64,000 nucleotides of DNA from Schmidtea polychroa (taxonomy: Eukaryota), in the NCBI GenBank assembly GCA_044892525.1, contig CM097885.1, positions 46,564,001-46,628,000 on the forward strand. The letters run 5' to 3'. Position 1 is the first letter of the stretch; each line of letters starts with the position of its first letter. The notes beneath the pieces are model-generated. The model worked only from the letters and a program-made list of their open reading frames with translations. It had not been told where the DNA came from and did not search any database. Positions 1-12,438 of the stretch are shown here, piece by piece. Both the position numbers and the translations under genes were made by a program.

Positions 1-2
1 TC

Positions 3-1640
3 AAGAAAGAATTCATATTAGATACAGACGCAAGCTTTGATACAATTGGAGCTGTATTATCCCAAAGAGATGAAATGGGGCATGAACACGTTATTGCATA
101 TGGATCCCATGCAATGAGTAGCCATGAAAGAGGATATTGTATAACACGAAAAGAGCTTTTGGCTATATATTATTTCTGTCGCCATTTCAACCATTATTTA
201 TACGGTAAACGGTTTGTTTTGCGCACTGATCATAAAGCAATAACTTTTATGTTAACGACAAAGAAGCCGATAACAGCACAGTTCCAAACGTGGATAAATT
301 ACTTGAGCAGTTTAGACATAAAAATGGAGTTCAGAAAAGGTACGGCGCATACGAATGCAGATATGCTGTCTAGAAATACATGCGGCAAATGTGTACAATG
401 TTTGATGGACCATGATAACCCCAAATCAGGGCGATTAAAAACTAGATTGTTAACATTGATGACCGAAAATAATGGAAATGAATGGCAAAGAGATAATGCA
501 GAAATACAAGATATAAAAGATCAAATAAATGAAAGGAAAAATAATAAATATATATTAAAAGGAAATATTATCTATACCAATCAAAACAAAATATGGATAC
601 CAGAAACAAAAAGACGAGAAATGATTAAGGAAACACATTTATTATTATGCCACGCAGGAGTAGAAAAAGTTATGAAATATATTAGGAACAATTTTGATAT
701 GGAAGATTTGCTAAATGAAGTAAAAGAGACTATTTCAATATGTGAAGCATGCCAGAAAAACAAAGTTTTAACTACAAAGTCAAAAGAAAAAACCCAAGTA
801 ATTTAAGCTTCAGAACCTATGGAGAAAATATACATGGATATTTGCGGTCCATTAAGAGAAACCTTCATAGGAGAAAAATATATTTGTGCAATAATCGATC
901 ATTACAGTAAATACATATCTCTAACTCCTATTAGAAAGCAAGATGAAAATACAATAAAGGCAGTTTTGTTAAATAATTGGATATTGAAATTTGGAGCCCC
1001 TAAGGAACTACATGTTGATTGTGGAAAAAATTTCGAAGCAAGTAGCATTAAAGAACTAGCAAAGGCAGCAGGAATTGAGTTGATATTTTCGAGTCCGTAT
1101 CATCATAATACTAATGGTGTAATTGAAAGACAATTTCGTACTATAAGAGACTATATTAACGCGTCACTCAGAGAAGGAGTTAAAAAAAGCTGGGCAGAAT
1201 TAATACCTGATATAAAATACGTTTTAAATGCGACAGCTCAAAAAACTACTGGAGTGAGTCCAGCAGAAATTATTTTTGGAAGAAAGATTAATAGATCGCA
1301 ATGGCATAGTAATAATGAAATGGATAGAAATGAAATCATGCGGAAATTAGAGGCTAAAAGACAGCAAGCGAAAGAAATTGGCACAACTAGGAACTTAGAA
1401 GTGGGGGACAAAGTATTGGTGAAACAAGAAATTAGAAACAAAGATCACGAGAGATATGAAGGACCATACACAGTAATAAAACGAAATCATGAAAGAAGTT
1501 ATTTATTAACAGACGAAAACGGAAGAAAAATAACGAGGAATATAGAAAAGTTAAAGCATTTTAAAGAAGGGGGATGTAAGGAGTTAGTAAACCTCTATAT
1601 AAAATTATTATGGTTAAATGGTAGAAGTGAGATCAGTTAG
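3..1640 (+). pseudogene. pol: Ty3/Gypsy LTR retrotransposon pol, 3' part (RNase H + integrase), one in-frame stop
   Basis: RNase H motifs EFILDTDAS..IGAVLSQ, ELLAI, LRTDHKA, NADMLSR. Integrase His/Cys zinc finger (HLLLCH..CEAC), catalytic core MDICGP / HVDCG / GVIERQF, and a GPY motif. ORFs 75-806 and 819-1640 are in the same frame, separated by TAA at 804-806. Runs off the window start. Confidence 0.95.
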
Positions 1641-1752
1641 TAGAAATAATTATTTCTGCTAAATTTGTATATTTAAATTCTATATTAAATTATATCATAT
1701 TATATTAAATTATATTAAATTAAATCAATTAAATGTATGACCAGTAATTACA
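1563..1752 (+). mobile_element. Polypurine tract and short (~178 bp) 3' LTR of the Gypsy element
   Basis: AAAGAAGGGGGA (1563-1574) is followed directly by TGTAA at 1575, with the inverted terminus TTACA ending at 1752. The partner LTR is outside the window. Confidence 0.75.
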
Positions 1753-3978
1753 TTAATATTAATAATTATCACGCCTCGGTGTTTAAATATTCTAGTAAAC
1801 GGCACAATTTTTGAAGTTGTTATAAAAATAAATGCTTGAAGAAGACTTGAATTTAATTGCGTCGAACAGGCAGCATATTGATTTAACGAATTAATTCCAA
1901 CTAGCGGTGTATTATGACCATCTGTAAAACTATAAATTTTGATGACAGGAGAACATACGAGGCGAGTCACATGCACTGATATACACCAGTATAACTTACA
2001 CATGCCATATGCAGTATTTTCCCCATCGGTCGGCACGATAATAATGTTGATAGTGAGAACTAAAATACACACACATGACGAGGTTGACTCAGGCTGATAT
2101 CCACTCCTAGCTATTCTGAATTTAGTACTAATCTCATTAACAAGGGAATATACATCTGCTGATTTTTGAACATGCATGCCCACGCGCCAGGATCGAATTA
2201 TTTGAATTTTTAGATAAACAATACTCTAGTGAGCTGAGTGACCAAAGCACATTGGCAATAAAATCTTGTAATTAATTTTCGCATAAAATTATTTGACTGA
2301 TTTATTAGTTATCTGATCGAATACATTGACTATTTTTATAACAAGAAGTTGAACAACCACATGACTGAGTAATTGTGAATTTTTGTCAACGACAATTTAC
2401 CCTGTTAAACTAAAGGGAAAGGGGTCATGACTTGTGAATCAACATGTAGACAAACAACATTCGGATTTAATATTAATCAACCGAAGACTTTCTCCGGTCC
2501 GTCATTATAATTTCTTTTCTATTGATTTATTAGCACTACATTAAAGGTAACGTATAGCTTGCATGGAAATTAATAAATAATTATGCCACCATGAGGGTTT
2601 AGTAGAAATAGCTGATTTTATTTTTATTTACTTTTACTATTCTTTCTTCGTTATAGTTATCGGGAATGTTGCCAAACACGAAGTCTCCTCTCAAACCTTG
2701 TTTCTCCTACGCCGACAAAAACACCATAATCAGAGAGTTACAGGCCCAGATCGGTCGATACAAAAAGAAAATCGACGATCTGGAAGGTACATGGTTTAGC
2801 CCAGTACAAATGAAGGAGGTACAGAAGAAGTTCTACCGTAGTGAGCATTGTCGCGATGCCTTGATAAACGAGAGTAGATCTCAGCGTAGCCTGATCAAAG
2901 AGCAGTCCGAAGCTCTACATAAAGTCTATGCCCAAGCAGCAACAACTCGGAAGATCGTTAGCATTCCCCTTAACGAAGCAGACAACATCTTCCCCGTTCA
3001 CCATGACCCTCCATTCAATTCACCACCTTTATCTAAGAAGTCATGTCGTGAGTGCGTAGAGGCCGACCTCTCCCCCAGGCCAACGGACGCACTTATCCTC
3101 GGAACTAGCAAGGCGTTGCCATTAACTACGACATCCTCAGTAACATCGTCTAACAACCCTTCGAAACCTAAGCGTCGTCAATTGTCCAGAGCGGAACAAA
3201 AAAGCGACAACGTGAGCGAGCGGTCGTCAAGCAAAGTGAACTGTCTTCTGACCACCCGAGTAATTCGAACGATCCCCCCGTAACGATCGATTTAACAGTA
3301 GGGATCCCAGGACGAGTCATCTCTGCCGCTGGTGTGACTTGGGAGGAGAATGCCTCCGAATTTTTCGATCTAGACGAGTTATTGGCAGACGCAGAATGGG
3401 CGAAGTGAAAGTCTCAACCTAGAACGACCGTGCGGAGTGATCATTGGCCAACTGAACTATCATGAATTATTTTTCCCTTAACCTGTTTTCTACTAAATTG
3501 TACATGTCATGTAGAGCTTAACTGTATAGTGTATTATAATGGTAGAATAAAGCAATTTTGGTTATCCCTTGTTGTTGTTTAGTTTAACTAATCGTCGTAA
3601 ATGTTCGTAGCAGTTTTTTTTAAGCCGAGGGTAAATTTTTATGTTCGAAAAGTAATAGTCAATTTGTATCAAATTCGGGGTCGGAGTAAAGTGAGGTCTG
3701 ATGCGGTGATTAGACGTAAGTCCTTCATCGGCAGTCATAAAAGGGAAGTCGAGGCCTCAGTAAGAAGTAGTCCTAAGGCAGGGGCTCACCTGCTTACTGC
3801 AGTCTCGCCGACATAGCACATTTCCAACGTGAAGCAATTCACGGGTGCTATGTTGGAGTATAAGTTGTGCAGGGTCCTGCTCCGGGTTGACATGGGCATA
3901 TGTAGCGTAACAAGATGGACACGCATCCCCTAGACAAGAGCGTAGATTGGTTAGGGTCAACCGAGCACCACCCCAGCA
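1753..3978 (+). mobile_element. LTR-like repeat, copy 1 (5' end not visible, abuts the Gypsy LTR), containing a spliced ORF
   Basis: GC-enriched block with AATAAA at 3546 and a terminus CCCCAGCA (3978) resembling the CCCAACA LTR end at 45723. The 3' part shares motifs (AGTAAAGT.GAG, TTAGACG, AAGAyGGACAC) with the minus-strand copy at 10594-10790. Confidence 0.5.
2666..3408 (+). CDS. Unknown coiled-coil protein carried by the LTR-like repeat (205 aa as read, ~247 aa if a 1-nt indel in the A-run at 3198-3203 is restored)
   Basis: GT-AG intron candidate 2547-2656 with a long pyrimidine tract just before the ATG. Heptad-like IRELQAQIGRYKKKIDDLEGTWF. The alternative frame after the A6 run reads KKRQRER...PVTIDLT...EFFDLDELLADAEWAK* (stop 3406-3408). 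Polyadenylation signal at 3546. Confidence 0.55.
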
Positions 3979-5026
3979 TATGTATAGTTATTAAAATACT
4001 ATTAAAATACTATAAAAAAGTTTATTTTTAATTACATTTTTTTATATTTATTTTAATTTCTTTTATCTATAAATCGTAATATTTAATTACTATTTATAAT
4101 TTATTATTAAAAAATCCTATTTTATTATTTTTCTCTTTTCCCTGGTTCCTATTGAACCCCAACACTTTAATCATTTGTGAATATGTGATATACCCCATCC
4201 TGGCAGCATTTCTCATACTATCTCTTGTGTTCATAGTAATAACAATCATTAATAAATATTTATATGAAAACCTCACTTTTCGTCCTTGAAGTACTAAAAA
4301 GAAAATGAGAAAGGCTAAATGATAATAACATATAAATTAATAAAAGTAAATTCAATAAAAATAACAATAAGAAATGAATAAAATTTGATAATTTTAATAA
4401 AATACAGATAACATTGCGCTCATCATCGATCGTCTGTATTCAGACAGACAATCATAAAAAGCTGAGATTGTATCTCGGTAGAATTTCTGTCATCATGATA
4501 AAGCAAATATTTACAAATATTTACGGAACCAGATTTGTGGGCGGTAATACGCAAGAATACATATTGCGGTAACTACATAAGTTACTACAACATGTTTCAC
4601 TTAATAAAAGCCGGCTATAATGAAAACAGATCATTTATATTTAAAGGTGTGTTGCAAATTCATTAGCAGTTTATTATACGAATTTATTATTGATTTCAAA
4701 ATATTATAATAAAAAAGGACAAACACACGAAAACAGCACTAGCAATTTCTATAATAAAACACACACAAACAAGCGAAAAAAATGCACTAAAATCAGAAAA
4801 TATAACCATTTTTTTTAAAATTTTTATACGTGAGCAAATTAATTTTAATAAATTTAAAAATCTTGATGCCATTTATTTAATTATTTATTAATTAAAAATT
4901 ATTTTACACTGATTTTTCCATTAAAAATCCAAGAAAGTTGGCAAATAGTTTAAAATAAAATTTCCCAAATTTAATGACTGATACGCAGAAAATTATTTAG
5001 CTACTGAAGAAATAACTGAAACTTAA

Positions 5027-5382
5027 TGTTAGATGATGAGGGTAGGCCCATCACTACATTTAGCTTAAATAAATATTATAAGACTGGGCCCAAAAAATAT
5101 AGAATCAATGTGTGCGCTGAAGAGCGTAGGTAAATCAAATAGCCCAATTCCCCAACAATCCAATGCATCAAATAGCAACCAACAATTCAATTCCTCAATC
5201 AAATTCATCAAATGATGACAATAACTTCTGTGTGATGAATTAACATTGACCTATTCATTTTTCAGTATATCTTATTGACATTATTCTATGTGCCCTATTT
5301 ATTTTATTTGTGTGACATTCTGTGTGTTTCTAACTTTATTTTTATTTTTATTTGTAATTGTATCGGTAAACACAAAAAAATA

Positions 5383-5452
<70 letters not shown>

Positions 5453-6720
5453 GGTAAATTAATTAGTTTAAAAAAAAATTATTAATATAAAAATTAATTA
5501 GTTCTACAAAATAATAATTATAATTATTAAACATCTGTTAAAAGAAAATTCTTTTTTTTAAGCATAAGAACACTTGAAATATAAAAATAATAATTTAAGT
5601 GTTTGAAAATATTAAATCCATTGAGTACACATATAGAAAATAATAATAAATTATTTTAAGTATTCTTGAAAATAATAAATCTTGATTTTATAATAATAGA
5701 AAATAATAATAAATTATTTTAAGTATTCTTGAAAATAATAACTCTTGATTTTATGTCTAAAAAAATTAATATAGATAGCGATACAAAATTCATTTTGTTC
5801 GCCCAAAAATATTGCGAAGAATTTTATATTCAAAGGTTAATCCTGCGGATAAATCAATCATTGAATCAGTACAAAACGATTCACAAATTATAAAAACTTA
5901 CTAAGACATAACACGCACACACAACAAATAACAATACATATACTTCTTTTGCACGCACTTTAGTTGAAGAAATTGACGATACAAGTACCAACTTTTTCAG
6001 AATTGTAATTGGATTATATTTGGTAAATTTTATTTTCAATAAATCTTTATACACATATTTGTTTGTTCTGATTTATCTATATATAAGAACCAGTAAGTTG
6101 AGTGTTCCCGAATATCGAGACCTCAACATTAATCAATTCCAATATTAAATATTAAATGTGGGAAATTTTGAATTTCAGAGACTTTCTCGATTTTCTTTTT
6201 CAGATGTTGAGATACTTGGAATATTAAGTTGGGAAATACTTAAATATATTCATTAAATTAATTGAACTCAATTTAATAAAGCAAATTACTTCTGTCGTTT
6301 TCGAGTTTTAATTATCTGACAATCATGTGATAAAATGTCGATAAAATGGAAACAGAGGAATTCTGTCTGTGTAGGATGAATTTTCTACATCAGTTGAGTA
6401 GAAAATATTTGTGTTTGTTTTCTGGCATGTTTTAATCTACTCTTTTATAGTTCAATTTTTCTGATTTCAAACACAATCCATCCAAGTCCAAATGGAGATC
6501 CGCATGTTGAAGTTGAATATCCGATGGTCGTCAGGTCTATATCAACGAATATGTCACGACGCAAATCCAACCAATCGCATACACAAGTGTTTTCCTCACA
6601 AGCCAATCCAATCAACAAATACACGAAATAAGCAAGCGAACTATGAAGTACGATGTAAACCCAGCAAGAGGACCGTGTCTGGTAACAGGAAATGCCCACC
6701 ATAGCTTTAAAAAGATTCTG
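5027..6720 (+). mobile_element. LTR-like repeat, copy A (TGTTAG...), with a degenerate coiled-coil ORF remnant at ~6450-6704
   Basis: 5027-6128 aligns by eye in several blocks to the reverse complement of 11422-12438 (AAGTATTCTTGAAAATA; TTCGCCCAAAAAT; AACCAGTAAG..GAGACCTCAACA). 5027-6128 is flanked by TTAA on both sides. The peptide QMEIRMLKLNIR matches copy B. Confidence 0.6.
5386..5449. repeat. (TA)n microsatellite
   Basis: Uninterrupted TA run. Confidence 0.95.
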
Positions 6721-6966
6721 CTGCCCAAACTATTCACCAACTTGTTTTAAATATATATAATTATAAAAATAAGGTGTAATATAAATAGATTTTTTATTAA
6801 TTTTAATTTTTCGTTGAATTCTCAAAATAAAAATACGAACGTGAATACAGTTTGTAAACGCATTGAATAACAAAAATTTATTCATAAAAATTTATTTTAT
6901 AACAATTAAAGTTTTTGTTTAAGTTTTAAAACATCCACATTATAATTGAATTTATTTGGAATTTCC

Positions 6967-8503
6967 TGTAACATCGAGTGCCAATTTGTAATTATTAATT
7001 CTTCTTTGAAACTCAATCTCGGATGTGTTACTGTGGTTGGATTTATCTTTTCGTAAAAGAAAATTTTGCAGGTTACTGCTGCTTTCTCAATATTATCAAT
7101 CTAAATCAAATTATCAAATTTAATCAAATTGGTAGCGGTAGATAAATCAATAAAAATTGATATTTCAAAACCCTTTTTATTGTTGGTATTTGGAAATGCT
7201 TTTCAATCGATTTTAGGCAAATCTGTTTGTATTCTTTGAAAGGAGAAAATTGAATTAATATGTTCAAGGTTTGTTTTAAAGAACATTTGGGAAAAGATAA
7301 ATAACAATTTATGGTTTCGGTTTAGTTTTCTTATCATTTTTAAGATTAATTCAAAATTAATTCAACAATAAAAATATGGTCTTTGAAACTCTATATTTCA
7401 CTCAAAACTAAAATTTCAACATGCGTTCTCAATGCTATGAAATATTTATTATTACGTAATACTACTTTTTTGCGTGACTAAACGAAACCCTAAATTATGT
7501 GATCATGAGGGAGTTGATAGATTCTTAAAGATTTAATTGTAAAAATTTTGTTAAATTTAGAAAAATATTTGTTTAAATAACAAAAATAAGGAAGACAAAT
7601 TTTTGAGTGTAAAATCTATTGAATAAAATTTATGGAATTATTTAGTGATTTGCAAACAGATATTAATGTTGTAACGGGTGAGAATACTAATATGGTGGCG
7701 GCGGTAAACACCGATTCGGTTACCGAAAGGTTATTGACAAAGGTATTCTGTTAAGGTGATGACTTGGAAAAATTCATCAGAAGATCCGAGATATATTTCG
7801 ATGCTAAAGGCATCAATAAAAAAGAACAGGAAAGATTGACTGCATGCATGATCGACGAGGATCTATTGGAGAAATATGCGAAAACGGTTAAAAAAGCAGA
7901 AGGATTTCAAGCCAGGTTACGAATGGCATTTGATTACGAAAGAGACGTAATAAAGGATATGGAAAGTTTATTGAATTATAAAAGAAGAGGCGAAGAGATT
8001 GAAACTTATTTTAGAAAAGTGGAGGACCTTGTCGACAGGTTGTTTGAGAATAAAGAATTCACCAAAGAGAAGTTAACAGCAAAGATGTTGATATTATGTG
8101 ATGAGAATAAAGAAGTTGAGAAAGAAGTAATATTGCGGAAGATAAAAAGCACATGGGAGATAAAGGAAACATTAATTCTGATGGATAAAGTGGACAAGCA
8201 GAGAGATCAGATAAACGCTATGAAAAGTTATGCAAAAGTGGTCTATCAGGATCCACAGAGAAGAGGACAGTACAAGCAGAAAGATGAAAGAGAAGAAGGC
8301 AGGCGACGAGAAGATCCAGAGTGCTGGCTATGCCACAAAATAGGCCACACTAAAATAGACTGTCCAGTAAGAAGTAAGATAGAGTGCTGGACATGTCAGA
8401 GAAGCGGACATATCAGTAGGAATTGTCCAGATAAAAGTTCCAAGATGTTCTGGTTGTGGGAAAGAAGGTCATATAAGAAGGTTATGTCAAGAAATACGGT
8501 GTA
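6967..8503 (+). mobile_element. 5' fragment of a Gypsy-like element: candidate short LTR (6967-7126), primer-binding site, leader and gag
   Basis: TGTAA...ATCA segment followed 3 nt later by the PBS-like TGGTAGCGG (7130). The gag ORF follows downstream and is truncated at ~8503. Confidence 0.6.
7632..8503 (+). pseudogene. gag: Retrotransposon gag with multiple CCHC zinc knuckles (stop and frameshift)
   Basis: ATG 7632 is in frame with ORF 7764-8558 across one TAA. Knuckles CWLCHKIGHTKIDC and CWTCQRSGHISRNC, with a third (CSGCGKEGHIRRLC) in a shifted frame after ~8435. Confidence 0.88.
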
Positions 8504-9180
8504 TAACATAAACAAAAATTATAGCAAAAGGAACCCACCCACACACCCTCGAGCGTGACGTAATTATGCAATGACCCCAAAGATGAATTTCGTTTTAAAT
8601 GTTAAAATCAATGTAGATATCTAAAAATAATATTCTGAGGCGAATGATTGCGCATGGTGGGTAAGGGGAAGGAATGTTCCAACAATGAATTTGTACACAA
8701 AATAAAACGATATAGTGATTATGTAATAGTACTAACTTTGATACAATAATATGTAGTGAGAAGACCCTCTATATATTGTATTTTGCTGAGGGGTCTGTGT
8801 ATCATTACTTAGCCCCCAAATGTGACATAGACTTATATAGACTTAATATACGATGACCTATTAATGTACTAAATTATTATAACTAACTCATTTGCATTGC
8901 TAATGGCATAGATGGCTTTCTTCTGTGAAACTTGCTATGTAACCCATTCAAACAATGTGAAATAGAGGTGTTTCTCTAGATCAGCCGCAAAACTAAGACT
9001 TTGACGTCCAGTCGCAAATACAGGCCGTTTAACATTCATATTTATAAACCAATAAGTAGGTAATGTCGGTAAATGATATCAAATCCAGCATGATAAGAAA
9101 CCAATTTAAAAATTATCAAAAATATAATTTACAGTAATTTTAAAAAATACATTTGAAAAACAATATATTCTGTTCCTTAC

Positions 9181-9933
9181 ATTTATTAAAACTTCAAATG
9201 ATTCCGGAAAACCTTTATAGGAGATCGATTGCTCAGGTAACTCAATTTGATTTTCGTCTTTAATAATAATTCCCTAATTAAGAAATTTTAATTCACTTCC
9301 AAGGACAACAATTATATACAAATTTTCTAAATGCAACTTTAATCATTTTTTTATTCAAAACCCATTCGTAATTATAATTGACGGGAATACTCAAAATTGC
9401 ATTCTCTAACTTTCTATAAGTTAGATAAGAATTTCCAACCAGAATTGGTTTCTGTAAATCATTAAATTAAATTATGTAATAAATTACAAATTACTTCACA
9501 TGGAGGCAAAACATTTAATTTTTCAGGAGTTGCCATTTCTGCTAATTTTAATGGAAATAAATACCTATAAAATCTTGATTTATGAACTTTGACAACAGAA
9601 TTTTTAGCACCAAGACCTGGTATATTTTCTTTCAAAATTACATTCATTAATAAAGAAATTGTGTGAGATTCGTTCGAAGAAATGTTTGATAAAAGCTCCC
9701 AAGTGTTATATTTAGCTTCCAAATCGGGATATTTGCATTTATGCCATTCCAAAGATGGCTTATAAGGAAATTTCCGTTGCAAAACATTTCCAGGAACAAA
9801 CTATCAAAATCATTTATAATTAATTATATTTAAAATTATATACTAAGCCAGGTGGTCTTCTATTATTAACATTAGATTTACTAGAAAATAATCTATTAAC
9901 GAGTGATATAATTTTTTTCGAATTCATATTCAT
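9181..9933 (-). CDS. MRPL9: Mitochondrial ribosomal protein L9 (bL9m), exons 1-4; final exon not located
   Basis: Exons 9933-9844, 9800-9495, 9451-9320 and 9273-9181 are joined by phase-0 GT-AG introns of 43, 43 and 46 nt (207 codons). L9 N-terminal motif VILKENIPGLGAKNSVVKV..YLFPLKLAEMATPE, basic transit-like N-terminus, and IELPEQSI in the C-domain. An open donor GTAAGG follows at 9180. Confidence 0.85.
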
Positions 9934-10593
9934 CTTTATTTAAACAAAAGAAAACACTTAGGAATTAATATTATTTTTATCAAAAGAAAAATTTTAAATT
10001 ATGCTTAGCAGTTGAAAGTAATGGCGTTAAACTGTATTTTGAGTGGCATGAAAATAATTTTGTATATATAATTTTTGATTATATTTATAAGATTATATAA
10101 TTTTAGAAAATTGGAAAATATTAATTTAAAAATAATGATAAATAATTATGCTAATCATAGTACAATGTTACTCTTAATTATTATATGAAACAAAAATGCA
10201 TTTTTCTATTTTGCGGCACTTGTTTCAGAATCCCGAATTTTAATTCGATTATCTTTTTTTGTTGTGTTGGAATAGAATCCAAAGATGGCTGAGGACACTC
10301 AAATAATTCAGTTGCAAGCTAAAAATTCGTATTTCAGGTTTGATTTAACCACAATGATAAACGATAAAGAACTGATAAGGAAGCTCAAATTTGAAATAAT
10401 TTAGACATGAAGTAAAGCATAGGTGAGATTGAATTGTAATTATATTGGAACGTTTAGTTAGAATTGTATTGGTGTTATGTGAAAAGTGATAAAGAGATAA
10501 AAGGGAAATAAAATACCTGAATTATGAAATAATAACCAAGATACAAGGTCGCTAAATCACTCGATACCTATTGAGCATTCAACATTAATATTA

Positions 10594-12438
10594 TATTGGG
10601 TGAGGACTTGCGAAAAGTGAGCGTACCTTTGTACACTATAATCGGCAAGTACTCAAGCGGTTTCGCAGAGTGCTGTTAGAAGGCATGTGTCCGTCTTAAT
10701 CAGGTCCCCTCATTACCAACTATCGTCTAACTACGCAGATTTCGTCTAAAAACTCAACTTTACTAGAACCCATTATCCAATGACTTAATTATATCTAAAT
10801 TACGAAAACTTGAGGCTGCATCATTTATTCCATTTATTACAATAATTGTTTATTCACGCATGTTGCGATGCATGATTCCTTGCAATCACATCGTTGGGCT
10901 TGCTCCTGCTTCACCTGTCGACTGAGATTTGTTGTTGAGCATGGTCCACTCGTTGCGCTTACTTCTCCGATGGTCACCGACTATATCTGGCTGGCGAGAT
11001 GTTGATCCACACCAACCTCGTTCACCTGTGTCACTAATTTCCGTATCCTAATTTTCAACGCCCGGATTTCGATCTGATTTTGGGCTGCTTGTATCTGCAA
11101 GAGGCTGATCTGCTTCATCCGCCTTTGAATGGAACCAATTGCCTTTCAGTTCACGCGTTCTCTAATCGAGCTTCTCAACGCGTATCTTTAAGGTATTTAC
11201 CAGTTGCACCGTCGCCTCACAAATAAGTCTCTCACAATCATCAACCTGAAATCCATAAAAATTGATGTTCCGAGCTGGTCAACCGTCTGCTGGCTATCAG
11301 TCTCTTCGCCGATAGTTCACAGACGTATCCCAAACTGTAGGGCATCGTCATGCAAAATACATTTAAAATGTGTTATCCATGATTAAATAAATTTTTTAAT
11401 TGTGAGTCATTTAATTAGTATTGTTGAGGTCTCGTTATTCGAAAATCCCAACCTTACTGGTTTTTATATACAAATAATAACCAAGGCAAAAACTGTTTTA
11501 AAATGTTTAAAAACGCTAGATAATGCGTGAAAATATAGAATTGTGTGACTGTTTTGTTATTCCGTGCTATGTTGCGTGCGATTTTAAACTTTTCTGTCGT
11601 GTCCGTCTGAGTTTAAAATCTAATAAGAATTTACCTTTTTAGATTATGTAAAAAGTGGTTTTATTTTTGGGCGAAGAATAATGATTTCAAGTCGCTATTT
11701 ATTTAAATTTTTTGGACAGCTATTATTGTAAAAATAATTTATTATTTTTAAGTCTTAAAGAATTATATCAAGAATTATTTTATTTCCACATGTTACTTAT
11801 TAAGAATATTTTCAAGAATACTTATAAATCAAAAGAAATATTTTATTTCAAAAGTGTTACAGCTGAAAATGCCAATTCTAACTATTTTATTTCTCAATTT
11901 AATTTCTACAGCTGTTTTATATTAAATTAAAATTTTCTTAATTAATTAATATTAATTATTAAAATTTTATTAATCCCATCCCCTAATTATATAATTAAGA
12001 TTTTATGTGAAAACACGAAAGCAATTGATAATAAGATTATAAACAAATAAAAGCCCAATTATTCACAACACAATACGAATAAAACATAGTTAGCAATAAT
12101 AATTAAAATCCCAAATAAATGTCATAATCGGAAATCATAAACCAGTCAAAATAAAAATAAATAAGCCACAATGATCAAATGAAAGGTCAATGATAATTAC
12201 ATTAATAAGTCAAATTATAAATCAAACTGAATCACAAAAAATTAAATAGTTATATTTACAATATAGTCACCACTGGATTGAGTTGGATTGCAAAACTCTC
12301 TGGGCTGCATTTAGTTGGATCGAGAGATATGATGTTACGAGGGCTCTATATAAACATTTACCCTGTATTTATTTGGGCCTACTCTGTAATATTTCGTGAG
12401 CTCGAACTACCTTATTGTTCGGCCCCTGTCATCCAACA
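10594..12438 (-). mobile_element. LTR-like repeat, copy B (~1.85 kb; TGTTGG...CCCAATA) with a disrupted coiled-coil ORF at ~11246-10840
   Basis: Inverted termini, with flanks ATATTA/CTATTA matching 5 of 6. The 5' ~1 kb is homologous to copy A, and the ORF and 3' part are homologous to copy 1. Acceptor-like TTTCAG precedes the ORF and three AATAAA follow it. An alternative reading is a nested 1-kb LTR at 11422-12438. Confidence 0.6.

Noticed and set aside
1725..2183. 152-aa minus-strand ORF
   Set aside because: No motifs, a GTG start, and it crosses the Gypsy LTR boundary.
3195..3206. Programmed -1 frameshift at CAAAAAAG
   Set aside because: The A-run is not in X XXY YYZ register with the upstream frame. 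A simple indel or homopolymer error is more likely.
3705..3735. Hammerhead-like CCGATGA-A-GGAC-TTAC-GTCT on the minus strand
   Set aside because: The core has C in place of U and there is no GAAA after the stem.
7692..7706. PBS-like TGGTGGCGGCGG
   Set aside because: It lies in frame within gag (MVAAV) with no LTR end adjacent. The site at 7130 fits better.
8535..8578. Harbinger-like TIR; also a lone hAT-like end (..AAGACCACTG) near 18195
   Set aside because: Only one end is visible in each case, so no element can be delimited.
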